A stretch of DNA of 64,000 bases from an uncultured Methanosarcinaceae archaeon (lineage in GTDB: Archaea; Halobacteriota; Methanosarcinia; Methanosarcinales; Methanosarcinaceae). Positions 20,736-31,848 of the stretch are shown one piece after another; within the stretch, counting starts at the first letter, position 1; the number at the start of each line of letters is the position of its first letter. A model generated the notes under the pieces. It was not told the DNA's origin and did not search any database. It saw only the letters and a list, made by a program, of their open reading frames with translations. Location: positions 1 to 64,000 of the forward strand of contig CAVRJG010000054.1 of NCBI GenBank assembly GCA_963721455.1. The letters run 5' to 3'. Made by a program: the position numbers and the translations under genes.

Positions 20736-22781
20736 ATGGTTATATTTATGAATGTCTTAATCTACCTTGCACCAATATGTGCCTTTATTGGTCTGATTTT
20801 TGCAGGTATGTCCTATAAAAATGTCCAAAAAGAAGGCGAAGGAAATGATGCCATTAAAAAAATTACTGCTTTAATTCGCCACGGAGCCATGGTTTACCTC
20901 AACAGGCAATACCGTGCAATCGCTATCTTCGTCGTTTTATTTGCAGTTATAATTGCATTAATTCTTCCAAATGGATCTCTCACAGCATTATGTTTTGTTT
21001 TTGGCGCAGTGCTATCCGCAACAGCCGGGTATGCAGGTATGCTTACAGCTACCATTGCGAATGGCAGGACAACAAATGCTGCCACAAGAGGCATTGGTCC
21101 TGCTTTTAGAGTTTCATTTGCATCAGGCACTGTCACGGGGATGAGCGTTGTAGGTCTCGGTTTGCTTGGGTTGTCTGCCTCGTTTATATTTATTGCAAAT
21201 ACTTTTACAAACCTTGATTTAACTACAGTTATGAATATCGTTGCAGGCTTTTCACTCGGGGCTTCGTCTATTGCTCTCTTTGCCCGCGTCGGTGGCGGAA
21301 TATTTACCAAAGCTGCTGATGTCGGTGCTGACCTCGTGGGCAAGATCGAAGCCGGAATCCCGGAAGACGACCCGAGAAATCCTGCTGTAATTGCCGACAA
21401 TGTCGGAGATAACGTCGGAGACATTGCAGGCATGGGGGCCGATCTCTACGAATCATATGTCGGTTCGATCGTTGCAACAATGCTTCTTGCAGCATCAACA
21501 TCAGCAACAACTTTTCCCGGAGTTTCGGTTATGAACGTTATTATGGTTCCACTGCTAATTTCGGCTGTTGGAATTCTTGCATCCGTTGTCGGTACATTTT
21601 TTGTCCGTACAAACAAGACCGAGTCTTCCGCAATCCATATGGCATTTAATATGGGGTTGATTGCTGCAATCTTTCTTACAGTCGTTGCCTCATACATCGT
21701 TACATCTCAGCTTCTCGGAGCATACGGATTGAAGGTTTTCTTTGCAACTGTTGCAGGGCTTATCTCCGGTTTCCTTATCGGACAGATCACAGAGTACTAC
21801 ACATCATATGATAAAAAGCCGACTCGCATGGTTGCAGATTCCTGTGTAACCGGTTCAGCTACCAATATTATCACAGGTTTTGCAAAGGGAATGGAATCAA
21901 CTTTCTGGCCTGTTATCATCATCAGCGCTACGATCTATATTTCGTACCAGCTTTCAGGCCTCTACGGTATAGCTATTGCAGCCGTGGGAATGCTTGCAAC
22001 GCTTGGGATCTCACTGTCGGTAGATGCATACGGTCCTGTAGCTGACAATGCAGGAGGCATTGCGGAGATGTCCCACCAGAAGAAAGAAGTTCGCCAGATA
22101 ACCGATACTCTTGACGCAGTAGGAAATACGACTGCAGCTATGGGCAAAGGTTTTGCGATCGGCTCCGCAGCTCTAACTGCACTTGCTCTCTTCTCTTCAT
22201 ATGGTATTGCAGTAAATCTCACTGTTATCGATGTTATGAACCCGAACGTATTCATCGGGCTTACCCTTGGTGCAATGCTCCCTTTCCTTTTCTCGTCAAT
22301 GACAATTCTGGCTGTCGGAAATGCAGCAGGTGAAGTTGTGGTTGAGGTGAGGAGACAGTTTAAAGAGATCGCAGGTCTAATGGAGGGCAAAGCTGATCCT
22401 GATTACGACAAATGTATTGCAATCTCGACGCACTCCGCTCTGAAAGAGATGATCGCACCCGGTGTACTCGCAGTTATTTCACCTCTTATAGTCGGACTCA
22501 TACTCGGTCCCGGTGCACTTGGCGGACTCCTCGCAGGTTCTGTGGTTTCAGGTTTCATGCTTGCAATTACAATGTCTAACGCAGGCGGCGCGTGGGACAA
22601 CGCGAAAAAGTTTATTGAAACCGGAACTTTCGGTGGGAAGGGTTCAGATGCTCATAAGGCAGGTGTCACAGGCGATACTGTGGGAGATCCTTTCAAGGAT
22701 ACAGCAGGTCCGGCAATCAACATTCTCATAAAGCTCATGAGCATTGTGGCGGTCGTGTTTGCACCCTTGTTTATAGTCTGA
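20736..22781 (+). CDS. hppA: Membrane-bound pyrophosphatase, K+-dependent, likely Na+-translocating
   Basis: Canonical [11 protein letters not shown]; GNTTAA (Ala, K+-dependent); DLYESY Glu placement typical of Na+-PPases. Confidence 0.93.
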   Translation: MVIFMNVLIYLAPICAFIGLIFAGMSYKNVQKEGEGNDAIKKITALIRHGAMVYLNRQYRAIAIFVVLFAVIIALILPNGSLTALCFVFGAVLSATAGYAGMLTATIANGRTTNAATRGIGPAFRVSFASGTVTGMSVVGLGLLGLSASFIFIANTFTNLDLTTVMNIVAGFSLGASSIALFARVGGGIFTKAADVGADLVGKIEAGIPEDDPRNPAVIADNVGDNVGDIAGMGADLYESYVGSIVATMLLAASTSATTFPGVSVMNVIMVPLLISAVGILASVVGTFFVRTNKTESSAIHMAFNMGLIAAIFLTVVASYIVTSQLLGAYGLKVFFATVAGLISGFLIGQITEYYTSYDKKPTRMVADSCVTGSATNIITGFAKGMESTFWPVIIISATIYISYQLSGLYGIAIAAVGMLATLGISLSVDAYGPVADNAGGIAEMSHQKKEVRQITDTLDAVGNTTAAMGKGFAIGSAALTALALFSSYGIAVNLTVIDVMNPNVFIGLTLGAMLPFLFSSMTILAVGNAAGEVVVEVRRQFKEIAGLMEGKADPDYDKCIAISTHSALKEMIAPGVLAVISPLIVGLILGPGALGGLLAGSVVSGFMLAITMSNAGGAWDNAKKFIETGTFGGKGSDAHKAGVTGDTVGDPFKDTAGPAINILIKLMSIVAVVFAPLFIV

Positions 22782-23199
22782 TATCCATCTTTTCCTACTT
22801 TTCTTATTTTTTTCACAGTGGTGTCCGGTTTCCGAATTTTTTCCATGACAATTGTTTGATTTCTGCGGCAGGCACTGCAGTCCTTTAAGTAAGCCTCCTG
22901 TTCATAGATGCAATAAATTATTTACTATAGTTGTTCACATGCTATGGGTATTTAATTTATTTTACATCTAAAAGGAATACGCTTTCCTATTTGAAGATCG
23001 TATTTTAAAAACTTTTCGTTTTTTTGCGGTTCAACACCAGGTGCTCAGATCCGACTCATGGGTAAAAACAGGAAAAATGGGATAATTAAATCGGCAAAAA
23101 TCCATAGTTTCGGACGTAAATTTCTACATTGATTTACTCAACACTCTATAACCACCACGGAAATCACTGAAAAACCGTAACCTCGTAAATTAGTCCTTT

Positions 23200-23345
23200 C
23201 AATTAGTCCTCTCGAGCTCAGCGAGAAGGACCGCGCACTGCAGAGCCGCAACTCTGCCGAGAAGGACCGCGCACTGCAGAGCCGCAACTCTGCCGAGGAG
23301 GACCGCGCACTGCAGAGCCGCAACTCTGCCGAGAAAGACAGCGTA
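23200..23345 (-). repeat. Two-hairpin intergenic repeat with three tandem 36-bp units
   Basis: GAGAAGGACCGCGCACTGCAGAGCCGCAACTCTGCC x3 plus a degenerate fourth start; related to the copies at 35031 and 55222-55392. Confidence 0.9.
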
Positions 23346-23531
23346 CTGTTGCGATTACATCGCAACTCCCAGAAAATCTACGATTTCCTGTGATCCCGAG
23401 GCACAATTCGGGTGGTGGTTCACCTTTTCGTCTGAGATTGGTAAGGAGATTGGGCAATTAACCATATTTTCTGTGCTTTCCCGGTCAAAGCAGAAGATCG
23501 ACAGGTGAAAGCTGAAACAGGTAAGGGGAGA

Positions 23532-23990
23532 TCAATTGACTCCCCTTACCTGCAATAACTGGAACTCGATCTCGTCCGGAACTGTGGCCAGGAACACAAA
23601 TGTATTGTACCCGAGTTTCTGAACTTCTTTGATTGCATTTGCCTGCACTTCGTTCAAATCTCTTGAGTCGCTTACAATGCAGAAAGATTTTCGGTTTCCC
23701 GTGTTGACAAGGAAATTAAAGACACTTCCGTGAGTATTCAGGAATGCAACCAGATTTTTAAGTTCATCCCAGGTATTGCACATGTGAATGTTCTTGGATC
23801 CCATATTTTCCACATACCAATCCCTGCTCACATAGGAGTAGGATGCATACTGCTCACTCAGTTCATCGTAAGCTTTTTGGATTCTGTTAACATCCTTCCT
23901 GAGGTTTACCCATTTCCAGCTCTGTGTTGTGAAATAGCGGGCTGCCACTATCTCAAAAATGGCCTGCTTATCTTCATTTTCGAGTCTCAT
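23532..23990 (-). CDS. Hypothetical protein (152 aa)
   Basis: Clean ORF 37 bp downstream of the DHPS-like gene, host-like composition. Confidence 0.75.
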   Translation of the reverse strand: MRLENEDKQAIFEIVAARYFTTQSWKWVNLRKDVNRIQKAYDELSEQYASYSYVSRDWYVENMGSKNIHMCNTWDELKNLVAFLNTHGSVFNFLVNTGNRKSFCIVSDSRDLNEVQANAIKEVQKLGYNTFVFLATVPDEIEFQLLQVRGVN

Positions 23991-24026
23991 TCTTTCACGT
24001 CTCTATTTTGTCTGCCTTTCTTGTGC

Positions 24027-25508
24027 TCAGAACACATCGTCCTGGGCATAACTTCTGTTAAAGTGCAGGGCAAGTTCGGCTTTTTCCAGTTCTCTTCCCA
24101 GGTATGCAGCATGGTCCAGGCGGGAGACTATTTTCAGTTCAAGCAGTGTGTCCATAACTTCCCTGGCATTTTTTCCCACTACTGAAGCTTTTTCGTGTTC
24201 GGCTACAATCGATCCGCCATTTCCGCTTATGCTGTCCGGGACTATCCGGATGCGGATCGGGCCTGCAGGGTCTACACGCCAGCTTTTCGAGGATCTGGCT
24301 TGAATTGCATTCTGCGGAAGAGGTAAATCAGGCCGCCTGCGTTTTTCCTTAATACAAAGCAGGTCAAGCCCAAGGTCTTTTGGAGAGCTTTCCCTTATGC
24401 TGGAGAGCTGCATCATCTCGGAAGCCCTTTTCAGTTCCCGGATGGAGCCCTGTGCCTTGTCACTGAACTCGGGGGTAAAAAGGATGCTCGCTCCAGCTTC
24501 TGCTCCTATTCCGCAGAGTGTGGCATTGACTCCTATGGTATCAACATCCATAAGTTCCGTAACGTTGCCAGCTCCGTAAAATACCGGAATCTCAGGGTAC
24601 ATCCTGTGAAACTCGTGATAGCGTACAATGGATTCGGTTATATTGTGGCCTACAGGGTCAAGAACAGGGTCGGCTATAATTTTCTCAATTCCAAGCCTGC
24701 GGGCAGCTTCGATGTTTCTGACAAGGCTTTCCAGACTTTTTTCCTCATCCGGTATTACGACGGCTGCAATCCCTGCCCTGGCAACAATCGGGCCTGCAGT
24801 TTCAATATTCGTATTGTTCAGACTCAGGACAATGTCTGCTCCTGCTTCGATTCCTTCATTTATCAGTTCGGGGTCAAGAGTGTCTATACTTATCGGGGCT
24901 TCTGTAACGGCTTTTGCAAAAGATACGGCTCTTCGAACCTGCTCCGGCCGGGTATTAAGGGTAGCCCCTAGATCGATAATATCTGCTCCACGGGCGATAA
25001 AAGCTTCGATTCTTAGTTGAAGCGTCCCGGTATCCATTTCCATGGCCCCTACGATTTCCCCCATAACCTTCATGCGAGCCTTTCCTCCGATTTTTACGCT
25101 TCTGAGTGTAAGGGGCGAGGGGGCTTCTTCTTCGGTTTTCCTTATGAGTTCATAAGCCAGCTCCTTTCGAACATCAGCGAGTAGTTCACAGGCCGGGACT
25201 TTTTCGGAAAACTCTATTTTTTCAGCAAATGGGAGTACAAAACCAAGGTCATAAGCATGCTTTGGCCCAAGCCGGATTTTACATCTCAATTCTTCAGAAG
25301 CTTTTGAAAAATCTCCTGTTACAAGCCCTGGAAGAAGGATAAGATCGTAATCTTTCGAAAAACCTGCTTCTTGAAATATTTTGATAAGCTTTTTAGGGGT
25401 GATAAAGGCGGCAATGTCAATATCTGCTACGAGGATGTCGGCTTTTTCTCCAATTGCTTTCCTGACGGTATTTTCCGCAAGCCGCCCTGTTGCAACCAAA
25501 ATTTTCAT
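24027..25508 (-). CDS. Dihydropteroate synthase-like (pterin-binding) protein
   Basis: GADIIDLG, PISIDT, IIADPVLDP; C-terminal SRLDHAAYLGRELEKAE...YAQD. Confidence 0.88.
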   Translation of the reverse strand: MKILVATGRLAENTVRKAIGEKADILVADIDIAAFITPKKLIKIFQEAGFSKDYDLILLPGLVTGDFSKASEELRCKIRLGPKHAYDLGFVLPFAEKIEFSEKVPACELLADVRKELAYELIRKTEEEAPSPLTLRSVKIGGKARMKVMGEIVGAMEMDTGTLQLRIEAFIARGADIIDLGATLNTRPEQVRRAVSFAKAVTEAPISIDTLDPELINEGIEAGADIVLSLNNTNIETAGPIVARAGIAAVVIPDEEKSLESLVRNIEAARRLGIEKIIADPVLDPVGHNITESIVRYHEFHRMYPEIPVFYGAGNVTELMDVDTIGVNATLCGIGAEAGASILFTPEFSDKAQGSIRELKRASEMMQLSSIRESSPKDLGLDLLCIKEKRRRPDLPLPQNAIQARSSKSWRVDPAGPIRIRIVPDSISGNGGSIVAEHEKASVVGKNAREVMDTLLELKIVSRLDHAAYLGRELEKAELALHFNRSYAQDDVF

Positions 25509-25635
25509 GTTTTTTAGATAGAAGCGCTAATAAAAAAGAGTATCTGTTTGAAACACGTCGGTTAAAAAAATTATCAGGTGATGAAAAGCCCGAACTTTTC
25601 AGCTTTGAGGGTACGGGCTTTTTTCTGAGCCTGAT

Positions 25636-26817
25636 TTAATTTATAAAGTCAATAATTGACTCTTCATGCTTCTTTCTAAGAGGTCCTGACGTATCTCTTA
25701 ATCGACCTGCAGGTGTCATTTTTCCGAACCTTCTTTCCTGGAGGGCATCAGCTTCGGCTCTGGACTCCAGGATTCCAGCTCCCGCCTGAGGGCCCAGGAT
25801 CTGGGCAGACTGCACACCTGTCATGATTGCCATTACCCTGACCTTGCCTTCATAATCATCCCTGATCCGTGCGCCCCAGATGACATTTGCATTTGGGGAA
25901 AGTTCGTAGGTAAGCATGGAGGCGATCTCTTCGGCTTCTTTCAAGCTCAGGTCAGGCCCGCCGGTTACATGGACAAGGCTTCCGGTTGCACCCTTGTAAT
26001 CGACATCAAGCAGGGGGTGGTTCAGGGCAGTCCGCACTACTTCAGTGCTCTTGTCCTGGCTTTTCGACTCGCCTACGAGCATGACCGCAACTCCGCCACA
26101 GCTCATGATGGTCCTGATGTCGGCATAGTCAAGGTTTATCAGAGAAGGCACTGTAATTGTCTCTGTAATTCCTTTTACGGTTTCGGCAATCAGCTGGTCC
26201 ATTACGGAAAAGGCCTGGTCAATAGGAAGGTTTGGCACATAGTTAAGCAGCCTGTTATTGTCCAGGACAATTACGGTATCTGCTGCCCGGCGCAGGTCTT
26301 CAAGTCCTTCTTCAGCTTTGAAGATGCGGGCCCTTTCGACCCTGAAGGGGCTGGAGACCATTCCTACAACGATAGCTCCCTGTTCCTTTGCCACTTCGGC
26401 AACTACAGGGGCAACGCCCGTTCCGGTACCTCCACCGAGGCCTGCGGTGATGAAAACCAGGTCAACGTCTTTTAACACTTCTTCAAGGGTGCCCCTTGCA
26501 AGTTCCGCAGCTTTCTTTCCCGTCTCGGGGTAACCGCCTGCTCCCAGTCCCCGTGTGAGAGTTTTTCCCACGAGGATCTTCTTGTCAGCCCTCACATTGT
26601 CAAGGTGCTGCTTATCGGTATTGATACAAACCGTTTCCGCACCTTCGATCCCTATATTATAGAGCCGGTTTACAGTGTTATTCCCTGCGCCCCCGCATCC
26701 TACAATCATGATTCTTGGCTGCCCGAATTCTTCGAAGTCTTCATCAGAGGAGGAATTCTTCCGATATTCCTTCTCTTTTTCGCTGAATTTCATTGCTTCC
26801 TGTACTATTGATTGCAA
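25636..26817 (-). CDS. ftsZ: Cell division protein FtsZ (FtsZ2-like)
   Basis: [17 protein letters not shown] tubulin signature and INLDYAD. Confidence 0.97.
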   Translation of the reverse strand: MQSIVQEAMKFSEKEKEYRKNSSSDEDFEEFGQPRIMIVGCGGAGNNTVNRLYNIGIEGAETVCINTDKQHLDNVRADKKILVGKTLTRGLGAGGYPETGKKAAELARGTLEEVLKDVDLVFITAGLGGGTGTGVAPVVAEVAKEQGAIVVGMVSSPFRVERARIFKAEEGLEDLRRAADTVIVLDNNRLLNYVPNLPIDQAFSVMDQLIAETVKGITETITVPSLINLDYADIRTIMSCGGVAVMLVGESKSQDKSTEVVRTALNHPLLDVDYKGATGSLVHVTGGPDLSLKEAEEIASMLTYELSPNANVIWGARIRDDYEGKVRVMAIMTGVQSAQILGPQAGAGILESRAEADALQERRFGKMTPAGRLRDTSGPLRKKHEESIIDFIN

Positions 26818-26952
26818 TTCATCCCCTCAACTGGATTTGTGTCTAATAGTTATGTTTGACTCCCCACCCTTAACATCGGGGGTCACCTGTCTGTCAATAC
26901 TTTTGAGTGGAGTTATGAGGTAACTTTCAAAACTCACTAAAAATTTTTATCC

Positions 26953-27045
26953 GACATCTTTAATAAGTTGACACTCTACGGGACTTAAATATTTCGGACA
27001 TATTTAAGCAAAATTCTCAAGTTGTATATTAAGTTTAAATATGTC
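26953..27045. promoter_or_regulatory. Cluster of four TTAAATATGTC-like boxes with a palindrome upstream of ftsZ
   Basis: CTTAAATAT-N7-ATATTTAAG at 26984-27008, plus copies at 26953-26963 and 27035-27045. Confidence 0.5.
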
Positions 27046-27695
27046 GCCCATAAATCTCATATATTCACTCTTTTATTTACTTTATCACTTAATTCTTAAA
27101 GATGAAGGGTGAGGGACTATCAAAACGTTTATATATAGTAACCTAACATTTTATTGAATGTATTATTTTCTCAGGAAAGTTCTCCTGATTATGTAAGTCA
27201 GGGCAATTTTTCTATCTCATTTTCTCTATTCTTTTGATGCCATGCCCGACTTCAAGTGTTAACAGCGTCATTCCTGTAATCCGTTTTTGTTAAAACTTTC
27301 GGGTCGGAATTCTTACAATTTAATGAGACTGTTTATATTATTACTTTTAAGTAGAATTCTCCTCTTAAAAACTGTTTCGGTATTATTCAAAAATTTCGGG
27401 GCTCTTGCTTAACTTTTTGAGTAAATAAATTATAACTCGATCTAAATATTTACACATTTATGATTCGCGGACAATAGTTTCTCCACTCTCTCCTCAATTT
27501 TATTTGGTCAGAAATTTTGAAATTAATTCTTTCAGTTTTCGGCATGGAGATTTGTGCATTTGTTACGAAAAAATGTGTTAAAACCATATCCTGTTCGGGG
27601 CTTTTCGGGAAAGGTTTAAGCTTTAAAGCCTCTTTTACCTTATTCTAGCAACTTTAATCCAAAATTATTCAGTTCTTAATCTTGGAGTCAGAAAC

Positions 27696-28358
27696 GTGTT
27701 AAAGGCACTAATTTTCGATATGGACGGCATTCTTGTGGACTCTATGCCCTTCCATGCAGCAGCCTGGAAAAAAGCTTTTCTTGATATGGGTATGGAAATC
27801 CAGGACAGGGACATTTATGCAATCGAAGGTTCAAATCCCAGGACCGGCCTTCCTCTGCTCATCCGAAAAGCCAGGGGAGAGCCAGAAGCATATGATTTTG
27901 AAACTATCACCTCAATCTACAGGCAGGAGTTCAAAAGAATTTTTGAGCTAAAGGCTTTCGATGGAATGAAGGAGTGCCTTGAAGTGCTTAAAACGCGCTT
28001 CCTGCTCTCGGTAGTATCAGGTTCGGACCGTTTTATTGTTCACGGCATCGTGGACCAGCTTTTCCCCGGAATATTCGATACTGTGGTCACAGGAGACGAT
28101 ATTACGAACTCAAAGCCTCATCCTGACCCCTTTTTGAAAGCCGTTGAACTTCTAAAGGTCCGGCGGGAAGAATGTGTGATCATTGAAAACGCCATACTGG
28201 GCGTAGAAGCTGCAAAAAAAGCCGAAATTTACTGCATAGGGGTCCCCACATATGTGGAGCCCTGGCAGCTCGACAGGGCAGATCTTGTGGTAGGCGATCA
28301 CAAAAAATTAATGGAACATCTTCTAAGTCTTGAGCCTGCCCTCAGGTTCGGGATATAA
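27696..28358 (+). CDS. HAD-superfamily phosphatase (beta-PGM-like)
   Basis: FDMDGILVDS motif I and KPHPDPF motif. Confidence 0.92.
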   Translation: MLKALIFDMDGILVDSMPFHAAAWKKAFLDMGMEIQDRDIYAIEGSNPRTGLPLLIRKARGEPEAYDFETITSIYRQEFKRIFELKAFDGMKECLEVLKTRFLLSVVSGSDRFIVHGIVDQLFPGIFDTVVTGDDITNSKPHPDPFLKAVELLKVRREECVIIENAILGVEAAKKAEIYCIGVPTYVEPWQLDRADLVVGDHKKLMEHLLSLEPALRFGI

Positions 28359-28405
28359 AAAAATTTATTCTTTTCTTCTAAAAAGAGATTTGTGGCCCCT
28401 GAGGG

Positions 28406-30319
28406 TCACAGTAACCTTATGGTTTCCAGGTTTGTGAGAGCGCGGGTCTCAATCTTCAGCTTTTTATAAATCGAACTTGCCAGGTCAACACAGGCCTTCT
28501 CGTCTCCATGTTCGGTAAACACTCTTTCTGGGCGGGGCTGCATTCTCTTGATGTAATCCATAAGCTGCCTCCTGTCTGAGTGGCCTGAGAAACCGTCAAC
28601 CACCTGAACTTCAATATTCATTTTCAGGATATCGGTACTCCCATTCTTTCCTGTCATCGGAATTTCTTTCCATCCTTTCTGGATCCTGCGCCCGACGGTC
28701 CCATCGGCCTGATATCCTACAAACACAAGGGTGTTGCGCGGATCATCGGCAAAGGCTTTGAAGTAATCCATAACCGGCCCTCCGTTCATCATGCCCGAGG
28801 TAGAAAGAATTACACAGGGATGAGGGTTCTGTATGATCTTCTGGCGTGTTTCGTGAGAATCAACGGGTTTGAAACACTCGGACAGGAAGGGATTCTGGCC
28901 TTTCTGAAAGATTAACTTCCTCAGGTCGTTATTCAGGTACTCGGGATGTGTAGCGTGGATTGCTGTCGCTTCCCAGATCATTCCGTCAAGGTAGACCGGA
29001 ACTTCAGGAATCAGCCCTTTTCTTATGGATTCTTCAAGAACTATCATAACTTCCTGGCTTCGGCCAACTGCAAAAGCCGGAATAAGGGCAATTCCTCCCC
29101 TTTCCACAGTATTCTTAACTACCATCTGAAGGTGCCTTTCAGCGTCCTTAAGTGCAGGCTGGAAAGCGTTGGAATTCCCGTAAGTGGCTTCACTGATGAC
29201 GGTTTCAACTCTAGGGAACTTATTGACAGCAGGATCAAAAAGCCTGGTTTTCTCATACTTGTAGTCTCCCGTAAAGACTACATTATGAAGCCCGTCCCCA
29301 ATATGGAAATGGGAAATAGCTGATCCCAGTATATGGCCCGCGTTGTGGAAGGTCAGTTTGATGTCAGGGGCAATATCCGTGACTTCCTCATAGTCCAGAG
29401 GGATCGTGTGTTTGAGGGTCTTTGCTACCATTCCTGACTCGTAGGGAATCTTCTTCCCTTCTTTTGCTGCGACATCGATATAGTCGAGCTGGAGCAGCAC
29501 CATCAGGTCCCTTGTGGGGGGCGTGCAGTATACTGGCCCTTCATACCCATATTTGAAAAGCAGAGGAACAAGCCCCTGGTGATCCAGATGGGCATGAGTA
29601 ACTATCACGGCATCAATCTGGTTTAGAGGAAAAACTTCAGGAACATAAAGATAAGGAGTCATGTTCTCGTCGGAACCAACATTGACTCCGCAATCAATCA
29701 GGATTCTGGATTCGGGAGTCGAGAGCAGGAAACAGCTCCTTCCGACTTCTTTGCATCCCCCAAGCGATGTAACCCTTACCCACTGGTCTTTTGAAGTACA
29801 CTCTTTGTGAATTTTCCTCCCCACGGATTTAAGGATTTCTTTTCTTTCCTTGAGGTTGTTCCTCATAAATTCCCTGATATTTTTTACGGTACGGGATTTG
29901 ATAGGAGGAGTCCGAACAACCTTCGGAATCCAGCCGATTTGCTTTGTGATCTCCCTGAGGGTCGCTCCGTGCTTTCCTATCACAAGGCCCGGCTTTTCAG
30001 CTTCAATAATTACTTCTCCGGAATCGGGGTCAAAATAGTAGCTCGAGATTACGGATTCTTTTGGAACAACTTCTTCGATTATAGAAATAGAGTCTTCAGG
30101 AGTTGCAAGCACCCTCGGGTCCGGGCGCATGGCGATCCGCGTCCTGAGTTCTTTTGCCAGGGTGCGAATGATGTTCCCATCGTCTGCGAATTTGCGGGGT
30201 TCTTCAGTGTATAGCACAAGTTGAGGCCCCTCAAATTCCACGTCGGTAATTGTAACTCCTTCGGGTAGATTTTTCTCAATTTTATGTTTGAGGTCTAATA
30301 GCACGTCTTCAATAGGCAT
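28406..30319 (-). CDS. beta-CASP ribonuclease aCPSF1 (FttA transcription termination factor)
   Basis: N-terminal KH domains (GLVIGKHG), HAHLDH, AGHILGS and GFSGHSD. Confidence 0.96.
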   Translation of the reverse strand: MPIEDVLLDLKHKIEKNLPEGVTITDVEFEGPQLVLYTEEPRKFADDGNIIRTLAKELRTRIAMRPDPRVLATPEDSISIIEEVVPKESVISSYYFDPDSGEVIIEAEKPGLVIGKHGATLREITKQIGWIPKVVRTPPIKSRTVKNIREFMRNNLKERKEILKSVGRKIHKECTSKDQWVRVTSLGGCKEVGRSCFLLSTPESRILIDCGVNVGSDENMTPYLYVPEVFPLNQIDAVIVTHAHLDHQGLVPLLFKYGYEGPVYCTPPTRDLMVLLQLDYIDVAAKEGKKIPYESGMVAKTLKHTIPLDYEEVTDIAPDIKLTFHNAGHILGSAISHFHIGDGLHNVVFTGDYKYEKTRLFDPAVNKFPRVETVISEATYGNSNAFQPALKDAERHLQMVVKNTVERGGIALIPAFAVGRSQEVMIVLEESIRKGLIPEVPVYLDGMIWEATAIHATHPEYLNNDLRKLIFQKGQNPFLSECFKPVDSHETRQKIIQNPHPCVILSTSGMMNGGPVMDYFKAFADDPRNTLVFVGYQADGTVGRRIQKGWKEIPMTGKNGSTDILKMNIEVQVVDGFSGHSDRRQLMDYIKRMQPRPERVFTEHGDEKACVDLASSIYKKLKIETRALTNLETIRLL

Positions 30320-30432
30320 TAAGAATCTTCCTGTTTGTCAAAAAATGAAAAAGTATGTGGATATTAAAAAAATAATAAGTTGAAAAAGATGTTAGTTTAA
30401 TGTTAAATTAAAAAACCAACAATTTAAATTAT

Positions 30433-31071
30433 TTAGTTTAATAAAGCCCTTCTGGATTTTACCTCTTCAGGGTCCAGCCTTGTGAACGCCTCCTTAGTAA
30501 TTACCACTACATCGATATATTCGCCCGACGCTGAATCCCTTTTAATTGCATTGTGGACCGCCCGGATAGCGAGGTCAAGGCCTTCTTTTACAGTCATATT
30601 TTCCTTGTACTGGTCTTCAAGCACCCCATATGCCATGGGAGAACCGGATCCAGTAGCCGAGATCCTTGTCTCTTCTATGCTTCCACCGAGGGCATCCAGT
30701 GAGTAGACAGCAGGCCCGTTCTTGTCAACTCCACCTATAAGGAGCTGGACCATCATAGGATAGTAGCGGTTAGCATTTAAGAAATTTGACATCAAGGTTG
30801 CAATTCCTTTCATTGTCATGGATTCGTTCCTGCGCATCTTGTAGAGCTGTGATTCTACATTTACGAGCCGCACAAGCTGCTGGGCATCCCCTACCGAACC
30901 GGCAATAGTCATTCCTACAAGGTCATCGATCTGGTAAACTTTCTTTGCAGTTTTACTTGCGATGAAATTCCCCATTGTGGCTCTCTGTTCGCTTGCGAGC
31001 ACGATACCATCGGTACAAACTACCCCTACGGTAGTTGTGCCCTTAAAATATTTGTCATTATCCATAAACAT
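30433..31071 (-). CDS. psmB: Proteasome beta subunit
   Basis: Propeptide followed by G|TTTVGV; ATGSGS; RDSASG. Confidence 0.97.
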   Translation of the reverse strand: MFMDNDKYFKGTTTVGVVCTDGIVLASEQRATMGNFIASKTAKKVYQIDDLVGMTIAGSVGDAQQLVRLVNVESQLYKMRRNESMTMKGIATLMSNFLNANRYYPMMVQLLIGGVDKNGPAVYSLDALGGSIEETRISATGSGSPMAYGVLEDQYKENMTVKEGLDLAIRAVHNAIKRDSASGEYIDVVVITKEAFTRLDPEEVKSRRALLN

Positions 31072-31324
31072 ACCCTCATAATAAGTTAAAAATGAGAAAA
31101 TGTCGCTAAAAAAAAATGTTTTAGTGAGGTGAGCATTTTTAGCTTAAATCGCAGGATTTAGCAATCCATTATCTCATTATTAATATCGCTATATATAAAT
31201 TTTTCTCCTTTATTTCCCTAAATGCATCTGCATTTAAGTTTGAAGGAGAATTTGGCAAAATAACTTTTTCTATTTTTCCTTTACAGGATATCCAGATTTC
31301 CTGATACCCCGAGAAACCCGGAAT

Positions 31325-31837
31325 TTAACGGAAAAGCCCTTCGACTTCTTCAGCGAGTTTATTTACCCTCTGAATCACCTTTTCTGATACTTCTTTCTTA
31401 CGCATGAGTGCAGTTCTCTCATATATGGTGATCCTGTCCGTTCCCTTAACAAGGTTGTCTGCATGGGCAACTATTTTTTCCTCAAGGCTCCGCGGGAAAT
31501 AATCATCCTCAGGAAGCCCTAATGTTCTGGCTTCTTCTTTTGAGACTCCTGCTCCTATATGTCTTTTTATTATTTCGGAAATCCCTTGCTCTATTCCTCT
31601 GGCTTTAGCCAGCCTGTATCCTTCTACCGCATGAGTGATATCATGAGTTCGACATCTCCCAAAATCATGTAGAAGAGCCCCGACTTCGACCAGTTCCGGA
31701 TTTACGTCATGCCCTGCTGCCTTTGCTTTATTTGCAATCTCAACTGCGAGAGAGGCAACCTCTTTACAGTGCTCAATCACATTAGGAGCGCATCCTGTTT
31801 CTTCAAGCAGCTTTATTGCTTCGGCTCGGGTGGTCAA
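31325..31837 (-). CDS. HD-domain protein (HDIG/TIGR00295-like)
   Basis: VIEHC...ALLHDFGR...HIGAG...EEKIVAHADN; TTG start inferred at 31837. Confidence 0.88.
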   Translation of the reverse strand: MTTRAEAIKLLEETGCAPNVIEHCKEVASLAVEIANKAKAAGHDVNPELVEVGALLHDFGRCRTHDITHAVEGYRLAKARGIEQGISEIIKRHIGAGVSKEEARTLGLPEDDYFPRSLEEKIVAHADNLVKGTDRITIYERTALMRKKEVSEKVIQRVNKLAEEVEGLFR

Positions 31838-31848
31838 GGCAGGTCCCT

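Noticed and set aside
23223-23340. CRISPR array (36-bp repeats)
   Set aside because: Units are directly abutting with no unique spacers, and no cas genes are in the window
23138-23457. ORFs with repeated peptides (SAELRLCSAR, RQSCGSAVRG)
   Set aside because: These are translations of the 36-bp non-coding repeat, open only because 36 is a multiple of 3
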